A DNA stretch of 64,000 bases from Octopus bimaculoides. Taxonomy: Eukaryota. The stretch lies in the NCBI RefSeq assembly GCF_001194135.2, contig NC_068986.1, positions 30,225,091 to 30,289,090 on the forward strand. Reading direction: 5' to 3'. Positions 37,546-50,460 of this stretch are shown here, piece by piece; the first letter of the stretch is position 1; every line of letters begins with the position of its first letter. The notes under the pieces were generated by a model, which worked only from the letters and a program-made list of their open reading frames with translations, was not told the origin of the DNA and searched no databases. Made by a program: the position numbers and the translations under genes.

Positions 37546-37732
37546 GTGAGTCTCTGTGTGTGTAGGTAGGCATGTATGTGTGTTTGTATGTATGTATGTA
37601 TGTATGTATGTATGAGTGTGTGTGTGTATGTATGTATGTATGTGTGTGTGTATGTATGGATGTATGTATGTGCAGATTTGTGTGTTTTGTGTATGTATTC
37701 TCATGCATATAGTTTCATATTTAGACATGCTC

Positions 37733-37766
<34 letters not shown>

Positions 37767-37777
37767 ATGTGTGTGTA

Positions 37778-37808
<31 letters not shown>

Positions 37809-37975
37809 ATGTATGCATGTATGTATGCATGTATGCATGCAAGTGTGAGTCTCTCTGTGTGTAGATAGGCATGTATGTGTATTTGTATGTATGTGTGTGT
37901 ATGTATGTATGTATGTATGTATGTATGTATGTATGTATGTATGTATGTATGACTCTGTGTGTGTGTGTGTATTCA
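37500..37975. repeat. (TATG)n/(TG)n compound satellite with a higher-order duplication
   Basis: GTGAGTCTCTGTGTGTGTAG..AGGCATG occurs twice within it. Confidence 0.9.
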
Positions 37976-38457
37976 TGTGCACATGGGTGTATGTTATTTC
38001 TCTCTTTTTTTCTTTTTTCAATTATTTGAATTATTCCTGTAGAGAAAGAACTGATTTCTAACAAAGAAGCCAAGTTCCATCACTAAAATTTAAGAAACAG
38101 CAATGGTGAAAATCTACATGCCAAATTTCAGAAAAATCTTGCATATTTTTTACTATTCAGCTTGCAGATATTATTTGCAAAGTATTCGTTTGTTGGTCAA
38201 TTTCTTTGCCTGAAAATCTCTCCATTTTGAAATTATTGCTTAGACATTTAGAAACTGTGCTAAATCTATCAATAATTATAGGTATGATTATGAATATGTG
38301 ATCTAGTTAAAGAAATTGTAGGTTTTGAAGCAGTCCATAAATATTCTCTGTCTCGGTGATTTCAAAAGAAATTATCATGTGAGCGGGGTGGCTGACCTCT
38401 ATTGCTCTATAATTGTATATAATCTTATCTTTTCTGTATCCATATATTTATGTGTGC

Positions 38458-38492
<35 letters not shown>

Positions 38493-39087
38493 TGGCAAGG
38501 GTGGAGTTGAAATACGCACACTATGTTGATGTGTATATATTTGCTGTTTTTATATTAGCATAGATCGAATGTTCCTATCGTGCATTATGCTTGCAGTGGC
38601 AAAAGTATAAGTCATTCATCATCATTATTATCATTTGACATCTGGTGTATATGTGCATATGCACACACGCAAACATACACACACACACACCTATACACAC
38701 ACATACTTGTACTTGTGTGTACATACAAATCTGTGTGTGGATGCATGTGTGGATACATGAATGTGTGGATACATGAATGTGTACATGTGTACATAGGTAT
38801 ATGTTTGTATATTTACATGTATGTAGACATTCATATGTGTGCATTCTGTTCTCAGCATCATGCAGAGAGCTTTCCCTTCACACAATTCCACAGCAAATTT
38901 GGTGCATAAACAAAACACAAACATGATGCATGTGCAACCGATAATGTTTACATCACTAGATCTGGTTTTAATTTGTAAATTTTCTTCCTAGTAGTACGAT
39001 TTTGCCCCCTCCCTTTCCAGTTTAAAGGATGGTGTGAGCTGGGGAATTAAAAGTGGTGAGCAGGGTTCCAATATTGCTGTATATTGT

Positions 39088-39230
39088 ATGTCATAAGTTT
39101 CCTCTATATCATAAGTTTCTTCTGTGACAAGTTTTCTTCATGATGTAAATTTCCTCTATATCATAAGTTCCCAATATATCATAAGTTCCCAATATATCAT
39201 AAGTTATAAATTCCCACCATGTCATACGTT
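39088..39230. repeat. Degenerate ~18-19-nt minisatellite (TATATCATAAGTT(T/C)CC..)
   Basis: At least five recognisable units. Confidence 0.7.
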
Positions 39231-40485
39231 TTCTCTGCATTATAGGTTTACCCAGACTAAGGTGATAGAGTTCTAGTACTTCTTTGAGTACTGCAGGCTA
39301 CATTTTTTAAAACCGAAGTACAAATGCAGTCATTACCATATTTAATGATGTTAATATTGAGATGGATTAGCAGAGTCATTACAGTGTCAAACAAAATACA
39401 TTACAATATTCAGTTTTGGCGCTTTACAGAGTAAGTTCAAATCAAACCAAAATCTATTCTGCCTTTCATCTTTGCAAGGTTGATAACATAAAATGTCTGT
39501 CATTATTTGACAATACTCCTACCCCAAAATTTGTAACCTTATACCAAAGTTAGAAATCCATATTTGTTTCTAAGGACAACACAAAAGCTCTCTGAACTCA
39601 AACAGTCAGTGTCTCTTACTACAAAGCATTAATTCCAACTTTACTTTTACAAGCATTTCCTATAGATTATTAATACAAATTCCTTATATTGGCACAAAGT
39701 AATGAACTGAGTGCATTCATTACTGTATTTATCTGCTAAAAATATTTTATTAATTTTGAAATGGTTAGCATGCAAGGTCTTCCTTAATAGGATTTGAACC
39801 AAATATTATAAAGCAATTAATGTAGGTCTTTGTCCTTTCTGCCGTAAGGATAATTTCTGTATCTCTAATGAGGTTGATATCTCACAAAAAGCATGATACT
39901 TCAAACATAGCAGAAAGAAATTAGGAAAATATGACATTAGTGTCTGTTCCAGGAACAATAAAGTAGTGACAATCAATACTCAAAACCAGGAAAAGTAACT
40001 TTAATTACTAGAGATATAATATAAACTACTTAACTAATTTGATGTTCTGAAGATACTTACTGACAACATTTTTTAAAGTACTATGTAATCAGAAGTTACC
40101 CATTTCTTGTTATTTTTACAAGTAGTCTTGTACATGAAGTAGAGAGAAAAACACTCCATAAAAATAGATAAATCACTCAATTATGGGTAAGAGTGAAAAA
40201 TATAGTTGTGACACAAACACAGAAAGTCACTTCATATGAAACTTTGTCTATATCATGTTTTACTTGTGAGTTATAGTAATTTGTTTAAAAAACAAGGAAT
40301 AATTTTTAGACGTTTATAAACAAAAAAAAATTCTGAAAGCAATGTGTAGATCTAATACTTAGAAAAATCTAGATGAAAGGAAATTCTTAAGAAAATTCTT
40401 AAGTTGCTAGAATATATCAACTGAAAGTACATCTGGTTTGTTATTTTTATTTCTTTTTACATTTAATCTGTATTTTTATTTATTT

Positions 40486-40518
<33 letters not shown>

Positions 40519-40615
40519 CATTTTTCTCATTATTTCAAGATTTTATTTCTCTTTTTGTTTGTTCTGATTTCTGTTTCTAGTCTCATCCACACATCACATA
40601 TCTTCATTCTTTCAG

Positions 40616-40691
40616 GCATGTAACATTTATGGAGAAGACATGGCTAACAGAATTTAAATTACACTGAAAATACACATACAAACCAATTAAA
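40616..40691 (+). other. Probable 5' UTR part of the exon
   Basis: TCTTCATTCTTTCAG|G acceptor at 40615/40616 after long pyrimidine tracts; in-frame TGA at 40665-40667 precedes the ATG. Confidence 0.5.
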
Positions 40692-42369
40692 ATGGCAAGC
40701 AGTGGTCCTCCATCTGTTTTGGACAGACGCTCCCCTCATCCAGACAGTAAACTTGTTGTTGATAGGATTACTCGTCGACGAAGTCCTGTACGTGCCAATA
40801 AAGGACCATGCAATGATGAAGTACACTCGCGCATCGCACAACCATACCGAACCAGCTTTTCTGCAGTTGTTTCTCTTCCACGTGTACGGAAGACATCAAA
40901 TGAAGTTCTTGCGGCAAACCTTGCTCTAGAAAGATCTCGTTCTGATCAAGGTAGTGTCAGCTCAAAGAGTTCTCGTCGAGGTATTAGCCCTCGACATGTG
41001 AGATATGATGACAACGTACGAGTTAGACATTCAGATACTGAAGACAGTTTAATGACCAGTCTCAGTGGTCAAGAATCTAGTTATAGTCCTCTTGAATCTC
41101 CACGAGACAGCTCTGATATATTATCTCCAATTTCTGCAATGTCATCAGAATCAGACAAAAGTTGTCCACAACTAATTGTTCCCTCAACTGGAACATTAAC
41201 AAATAAACCTATTCACCAAGAAACTTTAAGAGGAATCCGTAAGGGCTGTGAAAACAATACGCTCCACCCAGGGGACAGATTAACCCCAAATAACAGTGTA
41301 AGCTTTCTACCCTCTGAATCTTCAGTACATGGTGGAGATTCAGGAGTTAGTACAGATGTTGACAGTCAACGAGAAAAAACCAGCAAATTGAATATAAATA
41401 AAGATTATGTTTATGATCGAACTATCAGTTATCGCATGGCAATCCAAGCTCAGTATTCTGATGAAGTAAAAAGACTTGCTGAAGCCAAAGTTGTTGAGAA
41501 AGCTCCTGAAGAAGAAGCCGAAGTTTCAAATCCTGAACTGAAAAAAAGCGAGGTTTGTGCTCAATCATCTTTACCTTCCTCGCAGTCAAATGACTCCCAA
41601 AAATCTACTTCTCAAGGTGCAGAACCTAAGCGCAATGATGCACATTTCTTGAGTCATGCCAAGAAATCTCTAAGTACTAGCATGGGGAACTTTTTCCGGC
41701 GTCTCTCACCAAATGTGAGGAGGCGAACAAAACATCACAAGAGAAACTCATCAACAGAAGGGAGCGCACAAAGCTTAAACACAAGTGATTCATGTTCTAT
41801 TGAAAGTGACCCTTCGGGACATCCTGTCCACCGTTCGAATAGCAAGAGCAGGCGATCATTCATGAAATTCTTTGGAAAAATTCATCATCGAAATAAATCT
41901 CACAGCTTAAGATCTGTAGGGGATCGCAAACCATCGAAAGATGATTTGGAATGCTCACAGTCTCAAGACATCAAACAGTTTGATCCCTCTACTCAACGGA
42001 TTCTCAAATCTATTGAACAGAACTCTATGTCAGATAAAACTATTTATCAAAAATTCAAAGCAAAACAACCTTCAAATCACACAGCAGATGCTGGTAACAA
42101 AAGTCAGGCTGTAAGGCCACTGCAAGCAACAAGCAAAACATTGAATAACAGTCCTTCTGGAGCAAATCAAAAGAACAAAGAAAATGAACTAAAGGCAATG
42201 TCCCTTCCTTTGAAACCATCTCTTGCTGAAGAGAATGAACTCGAAGCCAATGTGAGTCCACAGAGCAATGCTAGCACAGCTGGAGCCGCTTCATCTGTTT
42301 ACGCAACTTCCTCTCTCTCAGATCAGAACCAGTCTATAGATGATTTTTCATTGGCTGTTCACACACCAG
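40692..42369 (+). CDS. First coding exon (559 codons + 1 nt) of an unidentified protein; Ser/Arg-rich, likely disordered N-terminus
   Basis: 1.7-kb non-repetitive ORF in very AT-rich DNA, AAAATGG start context, perfect CAG|GTAAGT donor at 42369/42370. The ORF track reads 12 codons into the intron. Downstream exons not identified. Confidence 0.85.
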
Positions 42370-42430
42370 GTAAGTGTAGTGCAATATTTGCAATCTGTGC
42401 TTACTGAACTTTACACCACTCACCTCTTAT

Positions 42431-42510
42431 ACTTCTATTCTCACAAACTTCTATTCTCACATACTTCTGTTCTCATATACTTCTATTCTCACATATTTCT
42501 TTTCTTACAT
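42431..42510. repeat. ~16-nt tandem repeat (ACTTCTATTCTCACAT), about 5 copies
   Basis: Seen directly, about 60 nt after the splice donor. Confidence 0.8.
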
Positions 42511-43248
42511 ACATACATTTTTATTACTCACAACAGTTGTTTTGTTATATTTATAAATCATTTTTTCTAAATATCACAGAAAATATTTGAAGTAACAAAG
42601 ATAGTCGTTTCGTTAATCAGTTTGCTGCTTATCATTTATCTAATTATAATTTATTTCAATCATACAGAACTGTAAAAATAACCAACTCAGTTGTTGTTGC
42701 TGTTGTTGTTGTTGGTTAGCTTGAGCAGACATGATTAAAGAGTATTCCAGCCTTGAACATCCTACATTTTTAGGGGCATATAAGATTATATTGTCCAATA
42801 TGTATTTTCCTTTTGAGGGGATTTCAGAGAATTTAGTGGTTATTTCTAACAGACCAAAGACCATGTAGAGACTTCTTGTTGACTTACAGCCAACTCAGTC
42901 CATGGTACTAGGTTTTATTACTATCAATAAGTATCAATAATATACAAAAAATTACAGTTTTGTCATAGACAAAAATTATGCACTTTGCTTTTAGATACAA
43001 GGAAACAATGCTACAGGTTTTCCATTTTGTCTTTGAGCAAAACACTTAATAGACATCTTAGTTATGTATCTCTCAGGAATAGATGCCTGGTTTTTGTCTG
43101 TGAATCTAAAAGATTCTGTAAAGAGTTATCTTTCATTCGCTTTATGTCTCAGAAACTAGAATGAAACACTAGCCCTGGGTAGCTTGAGTTAGATCTTGAA
43201 AAGATTAAATATTATCATCATGTTTGTACATATGTGAGTGTATATATA

Positions 43249-43286
<38 letters not shown>

Positions 43287-44649
43287 ATGGGATGGTTATG
43301 GCTAGAATGTCTTTGCTCATAGGTCTGCTTAATCGGAACGACAACAATTACCACAACTTTATATTCATATCAAAAGTTCTGCATCTCATCTCAGTTTTTG
43401 TTTTCCTAACATTTGGTAACATATTTTAAGGGAGTTGTTTTGTTGGGGTTTTTTTTTTCTTGTTAGAATATAATTCTTTTTAAAACCTATAGTCGTCTAA
43501 TGGTAATTTAAATCATTTAAAATAAATATCTATGACTTTTTAACAACTGATATTTTGAGTGATAAATTTGTTTCCAAAACTAAACACCAGAAACATTGAG
43601 ATATCATTTAACTTTCTAACTGACAAACATTAATGCATGTTCAGATTCACACATTCTGTTCATTATTTCATCATTTTGCATCCATTTTTCCATGTTCTCA
43701 TCCTTGCATTGGTTAAGCTTTTCTTTCAGTTTTTTTTTTAAAGAATTTTCCATAATTTTATCATTGTCTAACCCATCTGTTAATGCTATTATTATCACCA
43801 TTATTCATCAAAACAAGCCTGGTAAGAAAATAGATTTATATTTTGGGTATGAAATTTTATGGAATTTTCAACAAAAGTATATTAGTTGGAGTTGTTAGTC
43901 CTAAAAAATATTTTAAAGTTGTGATGTCATGTGTGAAGGATATTGAAGCATTGGTGTCCTTACAAATATTAAAAACAAGAAGAACTACTAATAAAGTGCT
44001 GTCAAAGTATTTGCAGATGTTTGGTAATCCAGCAATTCTTAATCTTTTTGTCTATACTATGTGATTTCTTCCATTTATTCTTTTATTGAAAAGAAGAAAT
44101 TTTATTGCCAGTGACAATTTACAAAGAAGATAGTAAGTAAATGAGCAAGTCTTCAGTTATACTTTCTAGATCAGCATCACAATATTGCCAACTTGCTATC
44201 TTCAAATTCAATCTGTTAGATAAAAACAAAAGCATGCTTGTATAATTAGCTCTCTATTGATGGTCTGTCTCATCTTCTATCAACATTATTTACACTTGAC
44301 CAATTTTTTTTTTTTTAATACCCACATATGATATATTTCTAAAACATTAAATTTTGAATTAGAGAAAATTTCTTCTTTATTCATATGAAAATTATTCACT
44401 CCAATAACACATTGATATCATACAGCCAGAATTATCCCATTCTTGTTATTTCATTTTTTTAAATGGTTGCATATATATGAAACGGAGAGTAAAGATCACT
44501 CTATCAGAATTGAAAAGAAATACCATACAAAGATAGGTCAGAGGCATAGCCATGTTCTAAAGTTAGTGGGAGGAAGCACATAAAAAAGGTGCCAGGACAC
44601 ACATCAAACAATTTTTAACTCGCCTCTCTTATATTATACAAAATATTTT

Positions 44650-45123
44650 GAAATCAAACCAAATTCGATGACTGGAACCCGTGCCAGTGGAGCGCTAACA
44701 GCTCCATCCGAGTGTGATCATTGCCAGAGCAGCTGTCTGGCTTCCGTGCCGGTGGCACCTAAAAGGCACCATTTGAGTGTGATCATTACCAGCATTGCCT
44801 TACTGGCACTTGTACCAGTGGCACATGAGAAAACATTCGAGCAAGGTCGTTGCCAGTGCCGCTGGACTTGCTCCCGTGCAGGTGGCATGTAAAAAACACC
44901 ATTTGAGCATGGCCATTGCCAGTACCGCCAGACTGGCCCTCGTGCATAGAAGCACACACTACACTCTTGGAGTGGTTGGCATTAGGAAGGGCATCCAGCT
45001 GCAGAAACTCTGCCAGATAAGGTTGGAGCCTGGTGCAGCCATCTGGTTCTCCAGTCCTCAGTCAAATCGTCCAACCCATGCTAGCATGGAAAGCGGACAT
45101 TAAACGATGATGATGATGATGAT
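44650..45123 (+). mobile_element. Long RTE 3' UTR with 4-5 subrepeats and (GAT)n tail
   Basis: Repeated GCCAG...GGTGGCA.(G/C)TAAAA.GCACCATTTGAG units, then the shared terminus. Confidence 0.9.
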
Positions 45124-46567
45124 TTCATTAGTTATGATATAAGTAACTGCGTTCTACATTCAGTTATTTCATGTTTCAGTAACAATGCCATTATGGGTGA
45201 AACTTGCAACTCCTGACGTAGGTAACTAAAGAGTTTTAAAAAATCATTGAAAAGACACCAATTTTGAAAAATGTGTTCATAGGGAACAGTTGCTCTTCTC
45301 TCACCCCTATTAGCTATACCACTGGTGAGAGTGAAATAAAATATAGTAGAGATTTGAACTTACAAACTTGCCTTATGTAGAAATCTAATCTGTTTCATGT
45401 TTTATTAGTACGTCATAAGGGTTTGTTTAAGAGATTGTGAAGGATATACAGCTTAGTCTATTAAAGAAACAGGCAACAACTTTAGAAATTTATAAACAAT
45501 AATTATATATAATTTATAATGGTTAATTTATTTATTTATGTCTAATTATCAATTAACCATATATAATTTATAAAATTAACAAACCTGAAAAGTTGCCTGC
45601 TGAAAAATATGGCAGCTTACCAATTATTATTAATATACAATGCTAAACTACATTATGAATATAGCAAAAGGTCTGAATTTAGAATACATATTGTCAACGC
45701 TTACAGAAGTAGAGGTTCCTTTGTTTATTTTAATAAGATGGAAAACATGTAAAGTTTCATTTACAACCAGGAAAAGATTTTACCAGAGATAATTTGTAAC
45801 TATATATATATATTGAAGCAAAATGAGCCCTTTCCTGAAGCACTTTTAACCCCAAGATATCAACCCTTTTCTAAGAGGTCAATACTCCCACCAGTCACTC
45901 ATTCACAATTTGTAACAGTATCTGTACTATAATAAATCTTACTATTTTTATTTCAACTACATGCAAGCTGTCCATTTTCTGCCGTATCACATATCAGTTC
46001 TGCAACCCATAACATTCAGGGATTGGAATGTCAGCAACTAGTTTGAACAGAGCTATAGGTTATCTTGATAGCTGTTTTAACTAGCAACAGTATACCTTAT
46101 CTGGTGGATAATCATAAGAAGGATTGTATAAAACATAGAAATCAACTTCATAGAATGCTGTTTAGTACTCAAAACCACATTTCAAAGATTTAATCAAATC
46201 CACGTCAATTATGATAAATAGGTGTCAAAAGGTGAATAATTGCAATGGTTGTGGTTACTGTGTGCATGTATATAGGCTGTGTGTATGCTTGTGTGCGTGT
46301 GTGTGTAGGTGTGTGTGTATGTGTGTAGGTGTGTGTGTGTATGTGTGCGTATGTGTGTGTGTGTGTGTGTGTGTAGGTGTGTGATATAGAGAGTTAGAGA
46401 AAGGTTTTGATTGGTATCATTAAATTCACACAACTTACCACTTATCTGCTTTAGAAGAAATATATATTTATACACACACACACACACACACACACATTTA
46501 TATATATATATGTATATACAGAAAATGAAATGACAAAGGAATAAGCAACTACTTTACGAATTTCATC

Positions 46568-46647
46568 AGCTTACAGCTGTTTCTGCAATAAGATGCAGTG
46601 GACTCATTGTTGAGTGCATGGAAACACCTTACTATTTCATCAGAGCT
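46568..46647 (-). ncRNA. Hammerhead-like motif with long stem II
   Basis: Minus strand AGCT-CTGATGA-(53 nt hairpin)-GAAAC-AGCT-GT-A-AGCT. Confidence 0.5.
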
Positions 46648-46659
46648 TTGAATATGAAG

Positions 46660-46960
46660 TGCAACCATGTGAGCCATTTCAATTCTTGCTTGTGGTGTTT
46701 TAGGTCAATGTCTTTTTCTACAGCCTCAGATCAACTCTCTGTGTGTGAAATCGAACTGTATAGAATCCTATATGATTGGTTGTATCTGTGATTCAAGGTT
46801 ACATCCTTGTCACACACTGTGTCAGGCCCATTCTGTTTAAAGAACTGATATCACACATGTCTGAGGAATACTCAACCAGTTATGTGCTAATTCAATGAGT
46901 AGGTAATACAGTTGATCAAACAGCTGAATCCTTATTGTCATAACTGACAGAGATCCATCC
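46660..46960 (+). mobile_element. Old diverged SINE with C-type 3' domain
   Basis: CCTTGTCACACACTGTGTCA...CACATGTCTGAGGAATACTC, similar to 6330-6470. Confidence 0.4.
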
Positions 46961-49182
46961 CTTCAGTTCTTCTCAGACTTTCTGCGGAGAATCTGATTTG
47001 TGTCAGAGCCATGACTTTTAGTGATTTCTCTTAAAATTATTACAGATGAAACACACAACAGTTACTACCTTATTGGTTCTAGCTTGCAACACATAATCAT
47101 AGTTGAGCATTGCTGTTAATAATGTTTGAATTTTGCAAATTATTTTTTTGCATTATCTTCTTTTTGTTGTTGTACAATTATAAATTGTTGAGATACTCTT
47201 TGGCCTTAACATTCTTCTTCATTAGAATTATTAAACAGTTTAAAACAATTCAGTTAGTTTGCCTCACTTCCATAAGATATAACAGTTTTCTTTATGGGGC
47301 TGATTCAATGAGAAATGCTTAAAAGCAGCCTCTTATCCTACTAAAAGCAACAGCTAAATCTATCTGAAATCCTACCCCAACCATCTTGAGGGGAAAAGAA
47401 CACATTAAACAGTGCTGTCCTGGATGTATTATGCCAAAATAGAAGACAGGATGATTATGACTTGAAGACCAATCAAACAACAAAAATATACATCACCATA
47501 CCATACCATGATCATTTGCTCTGCTAGAAATAGCAGTGAAATTTTCTCCAAAATAATCAAACTTAATGCTTTAAAAAAAAAATGAAGGACATATTGATAA
47601 CATAGTCCTATGTCTGATAAAAAAAAAAGAAAAAAAGTTGTTTGTTCAATCAGTATTAGCCAGGGGCTAAACAAGCACAACACAACACACTACCAAACAA
47701 CATACCAGTCTACACCAATGAGAATACCACAAATTTTAGAACAATAATCAATCATTAAAGAAACATGCCTAATAAAAAAGTCAATATTCTTTAGAGATCA
47801 ATTTATTTTCATAGATTTTATTTTATTTTTCAAATCTCTGTATTTGTGTGTAAGAAATATTTATACATTTTAATTCAGAATATATTTTTTGATTTCACAA
47901 AAGTTATGTAGTTTCTTGCTTAATTCAGTCTCAACACATGTGATAATGTGAAGTCTTGATTTTTTTTTTACATAAAAGAATATTATTCAAATAAACCAGC
48001 ATGGGCCACAGCAACCAGTGAAAGAGTTTTAAAAACTTTATCCCAAGAACATATGATTAACAAAGTTGAAAAGCTACTTCATAAAATATAACAGCTTCAA
48101 AATTATAAAAAAATATTTTATTATATATAATGAAAATCACAAGAAATTGAATGTGAAAATACAAGATATCTTATACTTCATTTTAGTTAAGCAATAATGT
48201 ATGTTCTAAAAGAGAATACTTGACATTGTCAATTACTTTTCCACATTCAGCTCCCTAAAAATAGTATTTTGGTTTTCTAAGGTGTTAGGTTTCCTATTAT
48301 TATCATTGAATGCAATGCCTCTTACAACAGGGTTCTTTTCTTGTATTTCTTCCTCTGTTAAGTGTTTACCTTTCAAGATTACTTATATGGAGATAGGTTG
48401 AGAGAGAGAGAGAAAGAGAAGAAGGGTACTTCAAAGCTGTTTTGTCTGAGTTACAAACAAAATAATCTCACAACAGTTTTTCACAGTCAAGTACATCATT
48501 AACTAAGGTAAATCTTCTAGACTCTTCTTGCAATTTACATTCACCCACACATTTCACAACTTTGCTAAAAGTATTTCCTTTTACCAATATACAATTATAT
48601 TTCACTCTTACAAACTCCACATGCATTAGGGAAAGAAAGAAAGAAAGAAAGAAAAAAGCCATACCCTTAGCTTTATACCTTCCTAAGTTAAAAAAGAACT
48701 GGATTTTCTTCAGTTACATAGGACCAGGCTTGATGTCTGACACATGTAAAAGCTATTTGTTCATTTGTTATTTAAGTGACCTCTATGAAAAGTAACCAAT
48801 CCATCAATGCCTCTGTTATGGGTCACCACACACAGTAAGCACTAGACTTGGTTGTGCCCAATAAGCTTTAACCTTACACACAACAGTATCAGTTTATAAA
48901 TACATAATTCTAACTTACCCGTGTAGTATTCCCCACTCAACTCATTTATAAATTTAATATGAAAGGAGTTTGTAAATTATAACATTAAATTTTAAAAGAA
49001 AAAAAGATGCAAATACAGGACATGAAAAAACATATCAAATATTTTTTATCTGTATTCTTTGATTAGTTTCTTGTGTTTCATAAAACAGTCCTTGCTGTGT
49101 GAAAGCGGGGGAAAGGTTGTAGGTGTATATATTTGTGTGCATGTGTATTCACGTACATGCATACATAGATACATGCAGTTCA

Positions 49183-49218
<36 letters not shown>

Positions 49219-49224
49219 CTACGT

Positions 49225-49259
<35 letters not shown>

Positions 49260-49883
49260 CAAACACACAAACACACATGCATACACACATACACATGTGC
49301 CAGTCTTTGTCAAAAGCAGCACTGTATATTATGACAACAGATATCAATCGCATGCTTAATTTGCTCATTTTCACTGTCTATATATATTTTCATAAATCTT
49401 TGTTTTTGACTCTGAAAGCAAGGTGTGATAACTATTAGTTGGACACAGAAGAAAAATATTTACAATAGGATCACCTTGAATGTCAAAAATGCATGTGTAT
49501 GAGTGGGGGTGTGCATGAGGGGATGATGGTGGAGGCTAGAGAGAGAGAACTAATCAAATTTTAGCGTTTTCAGGTGAGACCAACTTGTCACTTAGTCCTC
49601 AGTACCTATCCACATGATCAGTTATTTTGTCAATTTATGTAACATTGTTTTTATTGGTTGACAAGTCATAAAAAAACAAGAGTTCATGTTATGAAAGCTT
49701 CAAATTTAAGCTATTAACAACAATTTTTTAGAAGCCATTCACAGCAACTGGTTATTATGACTATAATTGCTTATTTGGAACTGAAAATAATTACTTAGTT
49801 TTTAATTATATTGAAATGTTATATAATTGATAACATTTCAGGCAAGAATAAAGTGAATGTTGTTTCAATTCTTGTTTATATGT

Positions 49884-49989
49884 AAGGTGTCATGTGGTTG
49901 AGGGGTTTACCCCAGATTCAATACAAGGTTTTGGCTGACCCCACAGTGGGACTGAATCTGGGGTAAAGCCCTCAACCACATGACACCTT
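49884..49989. repeat. 37-bp inverted repeat (36/37) with 32-nt spacer, abutting a gap
   Basis: 49884-49920 versus 49953-49989. Confidence 0.85.
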
Positions 49990-50340
49990 NNNNNNNNNNN
50001 NNNNNNNNNNNNNNNNNNNNNNNNNNNNNNNNNNNNNNNNNNNNNNNNNNNNNNNNNNNNNNNNNNNNNNNNNNNNNNNNNNNNNNNNNNNNNNNNNNNN
50101 NNNNNNNNNNNNNNNNNNNNNNNNNNNNNNNNNNNNNNNNNNNNNNNNNNNNNNNNNNNNNNNNNNNNNNNNNNNNNNNNNNNNNNNNNNNNNNNNNNNN
50201 NNNNNNNNNNNNNNNNNNNNNNNNNNNNNNNNNNNNNNNNNNNNNNNNNNNNNNNNNNNNNNNNNNNNNNNNNNNNNNNNNNNNNNNNNNNNNNNNNNNN
50301 NNNNNNNNNNNNNATATATATATATATATATATATATATA

Positions 50341-50460
50341 GGTGCAGGCGTGGCAGTGTGGTTAGAAGCTTGCTTCCCAACCACATGGTTCCAGGTTCAG
50401 TCCCACTGCATGCCACCATGGCCACAGTCAAATAACTAAAACAAGTAAAAGAATAAAAGA
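50341..50460 (+). mobile_element. Internally deleted family-A SINE (head fused to tail)
   Basis: GGTTCAGTCCCACTGCATG joined directly to CATGGCCACAGTCAAATAACTAAAACAAGTAAAAG. Confidence 0.75.

Noticed and set aside
42370-42407. C-terminal 12 codons and stop of the 571-aa ORF
   Set aside because: They lie after a perfect CAG|GTAAGT donor and are most likely intronic read-through, though an intronic-stop short isoform is not excluded.
44690-44960. Regularly spaced repeats resembling a CRISPR array (also 24545-24918)
   Set aside because: Eukaryotic context, diverged units, no unique spacers and no cas genes. These are RTE UTR subrepeats and a short tandem repeat.
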